Shown here piece after piece: positions 1-12,203 of a DNA stretch of 64,000 bases. Position 1 is the first letter of the stretch. Each line of letters opens with the position of its first letter. The position numbers and the translations under genes are program-made. This DNA is from Pseudogymnoascus verrucosus. Lineage: Eukaryota. The notes under the pieces are model-generated. The model saw only the letters and a program-made list of their open reading frames with translations. It did no database searches and was not told where the DNA came from. The stretch lies in the NCBI GenBank assembly GCA_001662655.1, contig KV460211.1. The stretch is one strand, 5' to 3'.

Positions 1-244
1 CGTGCAAAATGTAGTTTCTGGAACGGAGAAATGTGAATGAGAAGCGATCGTGTGATAATGTGATGTGTAGATGAAAGTAGGAAGAAACGAAATTACAAAC
101 CCAGTAATAATCATATAACAAATTAGCAAGGCTTAATAAACCGAGTCCTTGATCCCATGCTTCGATAATCATACAATTGGATGCTTTAATATACAGAACT
201 ATAATACACTTATCCTCACATCTGATACATACAATTATAACATC

Positions 245-1634
245 TTACTTGACAACCCGTCTGAAAACGCCCACAAACCCGCCTCCCACAACCCTGTCTC
301 CCACTTTAGGACGGCAGACCATGTTCCACCCATCACCCTCGGGTTTAAGAGGCTTAGCTTCTTTCGGTGTGGTTTCAGCAATTGTCTCTGCCGCTGCCTC
401 ACTCCCCTCCGTCCCACTCTCGACAGCCTCTTCAGCACCCTCCACCTTCTCCGCCTCAGCCCTAACAAACGACCTGGCCCTCACAGCTCTAACATCCCAC
501 ACCCGACCCCCCACTCCAGCCGCTTGACCAATCTCCAACGTCGACTCTAGAACCAATGGCAAGACCTCTTTCTTCGCCTGCTTAACACACGCAATAACCT
601 GCGTGATACTCGGACAAAACACCAGCACCGTGCCGTCTTCCTTCAGCGCCTGCGAGATAGTCTCAAGATACAGATGGCAATCTGGTAAGTCTAAGATGGT
701 GTGGTCGAGGAACGGCTCCGGTGAGGTAGCAAGACGCGATGCGATATATTCCGGAATGGAACCGACGTGGAAATCGACAGAGTGCGCGTACATCCCCTTT
801 CGCCAACCAGCAACGACGGTCTTGGCGTGTGCGCTGTGGCGGGCGCTCACGTCGAGGGTGGTTATCACGGCGCGGCGGGTGGGTTTGTAGGCTTCCCATT
901 TGTCGACCGCAGCCTGGTGTTCGGCGTCTACTAAGTCGGAGGAGGTGCCTTCCTCAGAGTCTGGCGCTGGGGCGGGACGCGGGGGGGAGGGAATGGGAGG
1001 TGGGGCTGGGTTGGCGGCGTGGATGGCGCGGGCGAGGTGGAGGGTAAGTGCGCCGTGGCCGGTGCCTGCTTCGAAGATTTCGAGTGGGGGAGAGGGTGAC
1101 GAGGAGGAAGGGTCGGGGACGGTGGGGTTGAGGTCGAGGAGGGAGACTATTAGGTTCGCGTCTGCGGGATAGACCTGTTTACTCGTGTTAGCTGCCATAT
1201 TTGAAGATATGGTTTGAGCAGGACACCTACAGGCGTGACAATCCGTGCCGTCAAATTTGTATACTCTCCCAACGTAGGCTTATATATCCTGTATTCCCCC
1301 TTCCCAGCCGCGACGACCGCGCGCGGAGAGAGCCCGATAATGGATTCATGATCGATGTGGCCGGTGGTGGTGTTCACGCGCCTCCCCGGCCGTAGGGGCT
1401 TGGAGAGGATCTGCTTGGCGGAGGCGTCGGTTTTTTTCTGAACGAGGACAATGTCATTCTCTGGAGGAGTGTCAGTGGAGTGTGGTGGATGAAGAAATGG
1501 AAATTTCATGGGGGATGGGGGGTCGGACCTTGGAAGACATAGTTGCTATAAGAGCGAGCAGCGCATGGTGAGTACGCGCTCCTTGCCACTACCCGATGAA
1601 GAGCACTTCCACATCGTGTGAAAGTAATTGGCAT
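245..1634 (-). CDS. TRM61: tRNA (adenine-58-N1)-methyltransferase catalytic subunit, probably mitochondrial; 3 exons
   Basis: Spliced reading MPITFTRC..YVFQ/ENDIVLV..TLGEYTNLTARIVTP/VYPADANLIVSLLDL..IFEAGTGHGALTLHLARAI..ILDLP..VFCPSITQV, with GCD14/Trm61 motifs. Arg/Ser-rich N-terminus. Intron 1528-1461 is GT..CAG. Confidence 0.88.
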
Positions 1635-2089
1635 CTTGAAGCCGTCGAATGGGTACAATTGGCAAGTCTTGGAGGTCAATATAAAAAACGGTCCCTGAAA
1701 GCGGAACGGCGCGGAAAAGAGCCGAGAAAATTGGCAAGCCACCAAGGTTACTCAAATCGAGATTTGTGAGCACAAAATAGAAATCTAGGCTCGTATAAAT
1801 TATGACGGATTAATTAATTATATAATAACAGTTCTAATTACGGAGGACTCGAAAAATGCATAGCCTTGGGAACCTCTTTCGTATATAACGGGTAGTTCCC
1901 ATGACCAGCGGCTCCACCAGCTTGATCGTTACTGATATAGTCACCACTGCCCATGGCTGTCAGCGGCCTCTACGGATTGAATCCTGTCAGATAACTGTTA
2001 CCGTTGCCACTGAGCTGTTGTTAACGCTTGGTATACTGTCACCGGTCAAGTCCTGTTACCGAGGTGAGGCGGGATTCGATGCGCTGGTT

Positions 2090-2200
2090 GATACCGAAAC
2101 CCATATCATCTGCCAAAATCCCACCGCAGTAGGTGCTTCTTGCGAGATGGGTTAGTCTTGCTGCTGCGTATAGCTGGTGCGAATATGCCGTGGTGGCCAA
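2090..2200 (-). pseudogene. Relic of an SNF2/Rad5-like helicase (motif I region only)
   Basis: Translation LATTAYSHQ...GGILADDMGFG resembles the SNF2 L..HQ..GGILAD(D/E)MGLGKT motif, but GKT is lost and no further helicase motifs follow. Confidence 0.5.
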
Positions 2201-2782
2201 ACCCGGCGGCGTTGCGTTTGAGCGTTGACTGCGCCGTGAAGCTTGAATCTGCCATGGACCGCTGAGCAGGAACCTCATCGACGCGCTCGAATCCTGGTAA
2301 ACCGCCACCGCCCATCCCATGACTGATTGCTCCGAGGCGATCAGCCTGCTGCGTTGCCATCGACGATCTGCGGACCGGAACCCCTATCATAATCGTATCG
2401 TTTGATATATATATAAAAACTTGTGTAGTTATTCGCGGCGCCGTTTCCTTGAAAAGCCCTCAAAATTCATAGCTGTATATTGCCGCCGAATGGTCTCAGA
2501 ATTGGTCATGACCACATTATATTGATTTAATTAGATTTTGGGACAAAGCGAGGAAACGGAACATCTTATGGTTCAATCAGGGCTTCCGTCCACGCGTAGT
2601 GAGATACAGAGGAGTAGATTGCCTGCCTAGGATTCAAATTTCGCTGAGTGGTTCTAACATAGCATATGGTTGCGCTACAATAAACTTGACATATCAGTTG
2701 GTTGGAAGAAAAACATCGTATTCATAATCATAGCTAGTTAAACACACAAAAACCCATCAGGTAGCAAAAACGTACGGGTATA

Positions 2783-3820
2783 TTACAACTTTGCAGCCCC
2801 CTTCGGGCTACCCTCTGCAGTCTCTACAGCAGCAGGTGCCGCGGCGGTACTCTCCTCCGCAACAGCTTCAGCGGCAGCCTGCGGCTTTGCAGTGGTCTCT
2901 GGCGCCTCCACCCTGGCCAAAATCCAATCCCCAACATCCTTCGCAAACACCGGTCTGGTCTCCGGCAAATCCGCATGCAGCTGATGCTGCCACCCCTCAT
3001 AAGTCTTGTACTCCTTGTCCGGCACATCGCTCGTCGACGTCTCAAACCACTTCTTACTAGCCGGGTAGCTGGTCCCGCCATCAATTGTCCCGTGAGCAAG
3101 CCACAAGCTCTTAACACCAGGATTCAACGTCCTCTTCCCCGCCGACAAATCTGCCGCCCGGTCCAGTAGTCCCGCAAGCCCCTCCAGCGTCCCCGTAGAC
3201 CACAAAAGCGGATCCTCTGTGAGACTCTTCATCACCTCCGGATCGCGCGTCAGCTCCTCAGCTGGGAGCTTGTTCTTCAGCTGGAACTTCGGCAGCAGCT
3301 TCCCCGCAAGCCGCCCTGCCATGATCTTGAGCGACGACGGCTGGCTACCAGGCGCCATCTCGACGTGGGGGCTTTCAAGGAGCCATCCGCGGATGCGCGG
3401 CGCGAGGTCCTTATACGCCGACTCAGAGGCAAAGGTCAGCGCCTCGGCACCACCCATGGAGTGGCCCATCACAAACAGAGGGATCGAGGCAGCCTCAGCA
3501 TCCGCAAGTTCGGATTTAACGACATGCGCGATGTCAGCGATGACGAGGGTTGTAGGGCCGGTGAGACCGCGGTCAGAGGTGTGTTGGACGGTGCGGCCCC
3601 AGCCGCGCTGGTCCCAGGCTGTGACGGCGATGCCGCGGGCGGCGAGGGTGGGGAAGAGCTCGAAGTAGCGGTTGATGTGGTCGTCGTAGCCGTGGATGAA
3701 GACGAGTTTTGCGAGAGGGGCGGTGGTGGCTGGAGTCCACTTCTTCATGTAGACGGGGTGGCCGTCTTGGAGCTTGAAGGTGAGCTCTTCGATTTTGACG
3801 TTGGCGTTGGCGTCGGCCAT
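2783..3820 (-). CDS. Alpha/beta hydrolase, monoglyceride lipase/lysophospholipase (Hydrolase_4, Yju3-like), with C-terminal PTS1 (-AKL)
   Basis: Motifs FIHGYDDH, DQRGWGRT, nucleophile GHSMGG, AHGTID and GWQHQLH. Best ATG is at 3820 (MADANANVK). Single exon. Confidence 0.9.
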   Translation of the reverse strand: MADANANVKIEELTFKLQDGHPVYMKKWTPATTAPLAKLVFIHGYDDHINRYFELFPTLAARGIAVTAWDQRGWGRTVQHTSDRGLTGPTTLVIADIAHVVKSELADAEAASIPLFVMGHSMGGAEALTFASESAYKDLAPRIRGWLLESPHVEMAPGSQPSSLKIMAGRLAGKLLPKFQLKNKLPAEELTRDPEVMKSLTEDPLLWSTGTLEGLAGLLDRAADLSAGKRTLNPGVKSLWLAHGTIDGGTSYPASKKWFETSTSDVPDKEYKTYEGWQHQLHADLPETRPVFAKDVGDWILARVEAPETTAKPQAAAEAVAEESTAAAPAAVETAEGSPKGAAKL

Positions 3821-4263
3821 GGTGGAGATCGTGGGCTTGGAGGGTTTTGCTTGGGAGGTATGGATTCGATTGGATATCTGGTCAGTGAAGTTATTGAGTG
3901 AGTTGCTTGAGAAGGTCCAGGTCCGAGGTCGAGAGGTGTAGATGCATTGGGACAAGGGTAGGTACGGGCTGACGACATTGTCTTGGCAACCTCGATTTAC
4001 ATGTGATGTGGTACAGAATCAACACCAAATGATAACTTGTTATATAATTGTAGGATTGGTAATTCTATATTGATGATTTACTAGTTTATTGAGCTATAGG
4101 CCACATAATTGTGAACAGCTGAGGATATTTCTTCTTTATATAATACAATATACAAACTATATACATCTACGTTCTCAGGTCCATCCACCAAGGTCCTCCG
4201 TAGCCCTTTTCCCTTACTCCCACAATATGCCAATTGGGTATCTCCAGTACTGTATACAAACCT

Positions 4264-5412
4264 CTAATTGTCTTCTAACTTTGACAAAAACTGCTGTAGC
4301 TTCCAAAGCCACTGCCTCACCGAAACCGTCTCTTGCTTATCCTTGACCACCACAAACTCGTGGCACATGATGTTCGGGAACTGGGCTCTCAAGCTATCGA
4401 CGCCCTCTTGGCCAAGCAGCATAACAAGGTTATGCAGCGGAAGTTTCTTCTCCCAGTGCGGTGGGTATGAAATCGTCGCGAATTGACCAGGACCCTTCTC
4501 ATCTGTGATCGGCGAGGAAGTCAAAGGTGCCTGAGGTAAGTTCGTAGCAGCTTCGCCCTCCACCCGCGGCTCTGGGGTATCCGTCCCCTCCTTGTAGGGC
4601 CCCAGCCATAGCAAAGCGCCCATCTGCTTCTTCTTCACCACGGCGTCCCACGTTTTCGCATGCGAAAGTTGTCCCTGATTCCACTTCATCAGCGCCACAA
4701 GCTCCCCCTCAACCTTTTTCCTCATCATCTTGCACACAAACTCATCCATATCAGCTCGCCACCTCAACTTCGCCCCAGGACCCACAGCTGGATTCGAAAA
4801 CCGCGCCCACGACCCCGTCAACCCACTACGCTTCGAATTAACCGCCTCAAGCAGCTCCTGGTTAGCGAGCACATAGTTCCGTCGTCCCGGCCGGGAACGC
4901 TTATTTGTCTCCGTCTCGTCCCTCTCTTCTCGAGGCACGCGCGTGGTGAGGTCACGAGGGAGATACCACAGCTCGTCTGTATCCGGACGGGGTACTAGCT
5001 CGAAGGGCTGTAGGAACGAGCGTGGGAGCCAGGTGCGCGTTAGTGCGCACAAGCGGACCGGCTTGGAGAGGGCGACGGCGTAGGGGTTGCGCATGAGCCG
5101 TTTCTGGAAGGGAGTTGGATTTAGGGGTGCTGGGAGCTTGGGTTTGAGGCGAGCAGCGGTCCAGGAGGTGGCGATTGGAGCCATGAGTGGGGAGAGAGGA
5201 AATTTAGCGAGTTGGCGAGGAGTGAGAAATGAGAGAGATTGTTCGGGGCCTTGCTCTTGAGGTGGGCTTGAGTTTTGCTGCGACGTAAGACGTCTCGCGC
5301 TTGTAGTAAAATGCCGAACAGAGCTGTTGCTCACGGGCTTGGCCCCTAGGACGGAATTCTTGCTATGACGTTGGCCCAATCCTCGAGCTGTATTGGCATC
5401 TCGAAGAGGCAA
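4264..5412 (-). CDS. Probable mitochondrial protein, Rrg8-like; start uncertain (first in-frame ATG 5184, presequence-like segment lies upstream of it)
   Basis: Long ORF with NPYAVALSKPVRLC..T..LP..FL..LVP, NYVL and LHNL motifs, recalled as similar to yeast Rrg8 (not verified by search). Upstream RHFTTSARRL looks like an MPP cleavage site. Confidence 0.65.
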   Translation of the reverse strand: MPLRDANTARGLGQRHSKNSVLGAKPVSNSSVRHFTTSARRLTSQQNSSPPQEQGPEQSLSFLTPRQLAKFPLSPLMAPIATSWTAARLKPKLPAPLNPTPFQKRLMRNPYAVALSKPVRLCALTRTWLPRSFLQPFELVPRPDTDELWYLPRDLTTRVPREERDETETNKRSRPGRRNYVLANQELLEAVNSKRSGLTGSWARFSNPAVGPGAKLRWRADMDEFVCKMMRKKVEGELVALMKWNQGQLSHAKTWDAVVKKKQMGALLWLGPYKEGTDTPEPRVEGEAATNLPQAPLTSSPITDEKGPGQFATISYPPHWEKKLPLHNLVMLLGQEGVDSLRAQFPNIMCHEFVVVKDKQETVSVRQWLWKLQQFLSKLEDN

Positions 5413-5424
5413 CGTCGCGCATCG

Positions 5425-6346
5425 TCAACTGGCAAATGATCCCTCTTTACCTGCTATCGCCTCCACAATGCGATCTACAGCCCCCAATGCCCACAAATTT
5501 CCCTCATCCCCTCCGAGCCACTTCTCACCCTCGCCCACTTCCTCGCCGCCCTCATTGATGCCCTTCCGCAGACCATATATGTGTGACACAACCTGAGGAC
5601 CCACACCCGTCTGCGCGCGTAGACATGCGATGGCCACCAGTGAGGTTAGCACTCTTCCCACGGCGGGTTTATGCACGCCTGGGAAATCACTCAGGAGCGA
5701 GCCGTAGTGGTTGCTGAGGATGTGTACGGGTAGGTCGGGGTGTGCGGCCTTGAGCTTGGCTTCCAGCTTTCTGGAGTGAGGGTCGTATATTGAGTTCCAC
5801 AGCCCCTTCGCTCTTGTCTCCACTTGTTCAAGGGATTCTGGTGTGAGAGTCCTGCGTCACCTATTGTCAGCCGTTTATCCTGAGTCGGGTGGATCGAGGG
5901 ATTTACCGTGTCGGTGTCGTGGAGAGCTGCTCCGCGGTTTCTGTAGGGAGCGTAGCCCGGAGGTGTACGAGCTGGTTGAGGGCGCGGGGTATGCCATTGA
6001 AGCTGATCGTCTTAAGCCCAACTTCGCGCATGAAAGCTGCGTTTTGGAGGGAGGAGGTAGGGTTGTAAGAGGCGAGGCTGTGGAGGAGGGTTAGAGAGGC
6101 GGGAGAGTTGACGGTCATGGTCGCGGCTGTCTGTGAGATGTTAGCAGCGATGCACACAGGCGAGGCAGGAAGGCGCACGGTAAGGGCAAGCCATGGGAGA
6201 ACGCCGAGAGAGTTAGAAGTAGCTTCGCGCTGTATGTCGGAGTAGATGGCAGTGATATTATCTGGGGCGGGGAGGGGCCCAGAGCGGGCGAAAGGCGCGT
6301 TGATTGCCGCCTTGAGGGCGGGGGAAAACCTAGACATGACGGCCAT
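5425..6346 (-). CDS. AhpD-like/carboxymuconolactone-decarboxylase-fold protein (Pxp2-like); 3 exons
   Basis: Spliced MSRFSPALKAAINAPFAR..WLALT/TAATMTVNSP..MREVGLKTISFNGIPR..TPTR/..GLWNSIY..HPDLPVHI..HYG.LLSD..GRVLTSLVAIACLRAQTGVGPQVVSHIYGL. Introns have GCTAAC/GCTGAC branch sites. Confidence 0.8.
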
Positions 6347-6594
6347 GAAGGGAAAGAGCGACCAGAAGGTGCCAAAACGGAAAGCACGACGTCGAGGAAG
6401 GAGCGAGGGAACGTAGTGTGACTCGTTCCTTCCTCAATAATGTATGGTAAAGTCGCTGTAGGAGGGATGCCTCAGTATTGGCCGTGCACACACCAATGCC
6501 GCCGCCCGCGTCAACCATATCTCCGAGCTCCAGCTTAACTTTCTCAACCGCCGCAACACCACTGAGCTGTTACAGCTCCACAATCTTCACCATA

Positions 6595-7438
6595 ATGCTG
6601 CCATTACGAGTAGCTCGCGCCACAGCGCGCACTGCCATGCGTGCAGCTGCGAGGCCATATTCCTCCCGCTCGTCACTCTCCCAACAAGCACCACAAGCGT
6701 GGACACCCGTCCCATTTATCACCGAGACGATAGTGAGTAGCCAATGCGCCGACCCAAGAACCTAGCTAACCACCCCAGGGCGGCGGATGGAGGACATGTA
6801 TGTAACCTGGCCATAGTAGGAAGAGCACGCCCCGACTAACCCCCACAGCCGATATCTTCTCCAAACTCCTCCAGGAGCGCATCATCTGCCTCAATGGCGA
6901 GGTGAACGACACCCTCTCCGCATCCATCGTCGCGCAACTCCTCTTCCTCGAATCTGACGCGCCCGCGAAGCCGATCACGCTTTACATCAACTCGCCCGGT
7001 GGCTCCGTCACGGCCGGCCTCGCGATCTACGATACCATGACTTACATCCACTCACCGGTGCACACGGTGTGCGTGGGGCAGGCGGCGTCGATGGGTTCGT
7101 TGCTGCTGTGTGGTGGAGAGAAGGGACACAGATACTGTCTGCCGCATAGTAGTGTCATGATCCACCAGCCGAGCGGAGGGTACTTCGGACAGGCGAGCGA
7201 CATTGCGATTCACGCAACGGAGATATTGAGGGTGCGGAAGAGCCTGAATGAGATATATAGGCGGCACTTGACGAGGCGGAAGGAGGGCACCGTGAGTGGG
7301 GAGTGGACTCTGGAGGAGATCGAATTGATGATGGAGAGAGATAAGTTCTTGAGTGCTGGGGAGGCACTGGAGATGGGGATTGTGGATGAGATTCTGGATC
7401 GGAGAGGAAAGCCGGAGGAGGAGACGAAGAGTTCTTGA
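6595..7438 (+). CDS. CLPP: Mitochondrial ATP-dependent Clp protease proteolytic subunit; 19-nt micro-exon at 6779-6797
   Basis: Presequence MLPLRVAR.., [51 protein letters not shown] (catalytic Ser), MIHQP and MERD. Divergent from the AhpD-like gene across about 250 bp. Confidence 0.96.
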
Positions 7439-8000
7439 ACGAGTGGCCATGGATGGCTACGAGACTGGGGGAGTTACTGTAAACTTACAGAGGAGTCAGG
7501 AACCACGAACTGTATAAATAGGGCATGTTGCTGGGCAGAATTTTAGAACTGGCGTCTGGAAAGTGGATATTTGAGGACAATATATGACTAGCATTAAACA
7601 CCGTCGAGAATTGCTCATGGGGTATATTTCAATTAATGACTACTACAGTACTTCTCTCCGTACCCGCTTCTCTGCTCTCTCCGGCGATTAAAAGACATGG
7701 AATAAGTCCAAACAACGCAACTGCTAAGAAATAACGAAAAACTTCGCGATAACAAAACGCCTGCGATCATGCCCTGGTGTAGTCATAACTCTGATACATC
7801 AATCATACCCCGCCCCTTCTGCTTCCCAGCCCCTCCAGAGTCGTCTTCTTTCTTTCTCCTCCCTCAGTCTTGCCTAGAAACACATCAGAGATTCAAGTGT
7901 GCTCTTCCTTCCTTCTCCGTCGTAACCAAAATATCGCTCTGTAGCCTCATTCACACCCTTCTCTCCCCTTTGTCGTAGTTCGTGTCGAAGAATCCCCCAT

Positions 8001-8417
8001 CTAAGCCATAACAGCGCTCTTCTCGAGATCTCTCTTAACAACCTTCTTCCTCATCACCGCATCCTGTCCCTTCATCCTACGATCCAAAGCCCTCTCCAGC
8101 TTCGCCCCCAGCGCCAGCTTCGACAAGTTCTCCGACTTCTCCTTGCTAGGCACGAATCGCTGGGACGCGAGCTTCTTGTTCTCGAGCTTAGCGAGGCCGG
8201 CGGTAATATCCGCGAGCTCAGCCTGCACGGTGTCGGAGCTGAAGGAGTGCATGGATGGGGCGGGGATTGTGAAGGTGCTGTAGCGCATGGAGGCGCGGTT
8301 TGAGGAGAGCTGCGGGGGGCGTGAGTCAGCTTGATGCGACAGGCGGGGGGGCGGTGAGGGTTGACGTACGAGACTTGGAGCCATGATTGGGCGGGAGGAG
8401 TCGAGAGAGCGGCCCAT
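8001..8417 (-). CDS. Small hypothetical protein (138 aa)
   Basis: ORF with a low-complexity N-terminus and an ordered C-terminal segment LASQRFVPS.EKSENLSKLALGAKLERAL.RRM.GQDAVMR. Codon style matches neighbouring genes. Confidence 0.6.
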   Translation of the reverse strand: MGRSLDSSRPIMAPSLVRQPSPPPRLSHQADSRPPQLSSNRASMRYSTFTIPAPSMHSFSSDTVQAELADITAGLAKLENKKLASQRFVPSKEKSENLSKLALGAKLERALDRRMKGQDAVMRKKVVKRDLEKSAVMA

Positions 8418-10018
8418 CGTGGTGGTTTGGATGGGCGTTTGGTTTTATTTGGGGGGGGGTGTGTTGGGGGGGAGGTTGTGGTTTTTGTTGTGGTAGAGGG
8501 AGAGTATCGGTTATCGGACTGCTGCGGTCGGTGGTGTTCGCTCGATTGCGCCCGGGAGAGACGGGGGTATCTGCAGTTTCTAGAGGTGTTGAGTAGTGGT
8601 GGATGTGTATATTTGTGTATTCTGCAACGATCCGATGAATGTATCGTGGGACTTTACTATTTGGAAGAAGGCGAGGAGTAGAGTATATAGGTCTTCGATA
8701 GCCGTGAAACGAGGTCAAACGTCGTCCCGTCCCCCGTTTGTGCGGGTGTTGGCCCGGAGTGGTTAGATTGGGTTCAGTTTGTAGAGTGGTGGATGGGTGA
8801 TGGTGGGTAGAAGGAGGGCGGTGGGAGGGTGGATGGGGTGGATGGGGTGGATGGAGGGTGTGGTAAGGGTGGTCGAGGGTGGTTAGAGGGTGCGATGTAG
8901 TGTGTTTGGTGAGATGGGGACACGAGGGAAACAGGGATGAAAATGCCGTTTTACTGGTAGGGTAGGGGTTGTTAGGGGCTGGTAGGGGTTAGGGGTGCCT
9001 GTCCACAGTGCAGCCTGCAGGTGCCTAGGCGTTGTCATCCACTGCCATTCACCGTCATCCACTACATCCCGCTGCATCCACCATACAAAGTAGTGTAGAA
9101 CAGTGCACAACTGTTACAAACGATAACAAAACGAAACTAAACTGAACCACCACATATAACAATGGCGTTCTATGCGTTTAAGAGTGTGGTTGTACACTGC
9201 GAAGAACTCGATTCATTGTGAACTGTGACCAGACGAGACGAAACACTCTGCCGTCAGACACAGATGAGGATATAGTATTGTCGATCAGGACTGCCAGGCT
9301 GCGTGCGCCCACAAATACCATGACAGCGGGTCGCCACGCCGAGAACACGCGGCACCGGAAACACGCCCGGAAGGGAAAAAAAGGGGCCCAACAGTGCTAT
9401 AGCATGCGGATGGGTCTCTGATTCCCACAGCTGAGATCCTGAAACGCGCCGTGGCTATAGCATTGGATGCTATTTACGGAAGGATTGGACACACGGCATG
9501 TTGCTGCATCCGCCTCCCGCTGGCTCAGACCCACTACCAACTCAACCTGCCGCGGTCAGATCTCAAGCAAAGACTCCCAAGGAAGAAGGCAATATAAGGG
9601 TCTTCTACCGCAATATTGGCTTAGGGACTACGGTTTAAGGCCAAGGGCCCATGGCTTGGGGCGGTCAGATATCGGCTTTTCAAAACGCCACCTATCGTCT
9701 TTATGTGCATGGGTGCAGCGTCAGGCTGCAAGCTGGTGGGTCTAACGGTGATATCACTGATCGAACCGAATAGCCGGACGAACGCCTCTACATTGCAAGG
9801 TATTGAGTCACTAGACACTTGAGACTTTGCTACAATGGGGTATCTTGCCAGTCTGGTTGCAGGGAGCATTTGAATGGTAGCCCCGACATGGTCGTCATAA
9901 GTAAAGTGAGAAAGCCTTTGAATGGTAGCCTCATCGGTCACGAGTGAAGGAGGGGGTGCTTCATCTGTTGTCAGGTGTCAAAAAAGTGCGTTTGGACATA
10001 GCACATCACAAGCTAACC

Positions 10019-11715
10019 TCACACAATCTTCTCCCTCTGTAACCACTCCATCTCCACCAACCCATCACTCACCGCCCCCCCCAAAACCTCAACCACCATC
10101 TCAGTCTCCCCCGCCACCATCTCCCTCAGCGCCTGACTCTCCCCCGCAACAGCCGCCGCCAGAGCCCCCTTAAGCCTCCCCTCCCTCCCAACCCCCTCCT
10201 CCCCATCCACCAGCGCCTGTCTCGCGGCTCCTCTATAAAACACGCCCGCATTCTTCATCAGAACCCCCGCATCCACATTCCCCGGGTATCCCGTCCCATC
10301 TTTCACCCGGAACCGAAGCATCTCCGCGTCCCCCCGCGCGAGATGTATGCGCGCGAGGTTCATGGCCCCTGGGACCTTGGAGGCAGCTCCTAAGGCGGTT
10401 CCCGCTTGGGTCAGGGCACCCCACCGCGCTATGATCTGCTGTTGTTGCTGTCCGTCTTCGACGGGTTGTGTGCGTAGTGCAGCTGCAAAGGCGAGCATCG
10501 CGTCTGCTTTGTCAGTTAACCCCTTCGGGTCAGAAGCTAGGTCGAGGTCGCGGAAGGCCTCAGTGATAGCGCGCTCGTACGTCGCGGTATCAATGTTGCT
10601 GGCGCGGAAGCTAGCCTCTGCTAGTGCAGACAGGAGGTTTGCGCGCGTGAGACCTACTTCCGGAGCGCGGGCGGGTGAGGGGGCGAGGTAGGTGGGCAGT
10701 TTCACGAGGAGGGTTGAGGTGTACTCCTCCAGTGCTGCGAGACCGCGGGAGTCGAGCTTGGTGGCGAGAACGGTGAGGGTCTCGAGGAGGGCGAGGATGG
10801 TGTCGAGGAGCGTGTCGGGGGTGGTTGGTTCGACGATGCTGGCCCATTGCTCTTCGGATTGTTGGGGACTACCGGTTGCTGCGGCGGGGGTGAGGGGTGC
10901 GCCGCCGTCGGAGTCGATGGGGGAGCCGGGGATGTCGGCGGGGGCGTCGGCATTCATGGAGTCGCGCAGGGCTTCGGATTCCGAGAAGCGGAATTCTTGG
11001 AGGGTGAGACAGCGTTGGAAGAGCTCGACTGCTTCTTCGAGGAGGGGGACGAGGGAGCCCGGGTCGCTGCCTACGTCGTCGAGCGCTTCGGCGAGGGAGG
11101 TGAGGACTTGGGCTGTGTTGCTGGGTTTTGTTAATGACTGAGTTGAAAAGGGGGATGGATGGACTCACAATATGACATCGGGGTCGTCTTGCTTCAATGA
11201 CAGAGCTCGCCTGCTAGATTCAAGTGCCACATGTAATAGGTCCAGTAGATTGCCTGGGAGCTGTCCTCGTAGCTTTGGGTGCTGTGTGATTTCATATTGT
11301 ACGCGTGCTCTGTAGTGAAGTTAGAATTGGAATAAGACAGTATTTCGACATATCTTTACTTATTATAAGCCAAATCAAAGGAATCCGGGAACTTCGTGAG
11401 GCCCGTCTCGTATGTGTCGATAGCTCTGACGAAGAAGCGCGTCGACTTTGCTGCGTCCCCACCACGCCACTTCTCGCCGGCCTCTTCGTGGTCAACTCCA
11501 GCTGGTTATACAATTAGCTACCATTCCTGGGATGTCTATCAAAGTATCATACCAGCTAAGAACTCATCTGCGGTTTCTGGGACCTGTCACGTGTTAGGGT
11601 CGACGTCACACACGATTCGCGATCATCACTAAGATCTTGGGCGCACCTGTGGAGCATGCTTGGACAATTTCTTCTTCCTGCTATCATCCTTGAGGAATTG
11701 TTTTGGTTTAGGCAT
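10019..11715 (-). CDS. TPR-like helical repeat protein; about 5 exons
   Basis: Spliced MPKPKQFLK../PETADEFLA/AGVDHEEAGEKWRGGDAAKSTRFF..FDLAYNK/ARVQYE..DVIF/NTAQVLTSLAE..EAVELFQRCL.LQE into the 312-aa ORF. Introns are canonical. Confidence 0.82.
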
Positions 11716-12203
11716 TTTGTTTATGATGGTTGAGAGTTATGTGTTTGATAGTGGGGGAGCTCGTCGAAGATATAAAAAGCAGTTGGATTATATCATTGGC
11801 GCGCTAATTGGCGGCGTTGTCGATAAGGAAACTACGACAATACTGTTCCATCTCTACGCGTTTGTTGACACTACAATCCTCTCCAGTGACCATCCAAATT
11901 GTGATATACCACACATTCAAGGTAAGAGAGCAATTTCTTAGTTTATATTTTCATGACCAAAGGGCCAGGATTGTGGGAAAATTCGCGAAAATAAGGATTC
12001 CCCAGGGGGGTATTCACGCTCCATCTAACAGGGCGTTGGTAGCGTCGCCATGTCGTTTATCCAGCTAGAAAATATCATCATCATTTCTTTATAACATTTC
12101 GATGTCATCTCTGTGAACGGCTGGTCACCCTTAATGCGGATCGAACTGTGCCTAAAGCTGTTTAAGAAGATGGACACGCTGTCACACAAGCAGCAACAAC
12201 ACC

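Noticed and set aside
2562..2595. CAGGGCTTCCGTCC resembling the missing 5S 5' half
   Set aside because: Only ~14 nt with an indel, wrong strand and side relative to the Starship; likely chance.
8800..9000. G-rich tract with TTAGGG-like words (telomere or G4 element)
   Set aside because: Only isolated imperfect copies; consistent with the C-rich promoter/5' leader of the minus-strand gene at 8417.
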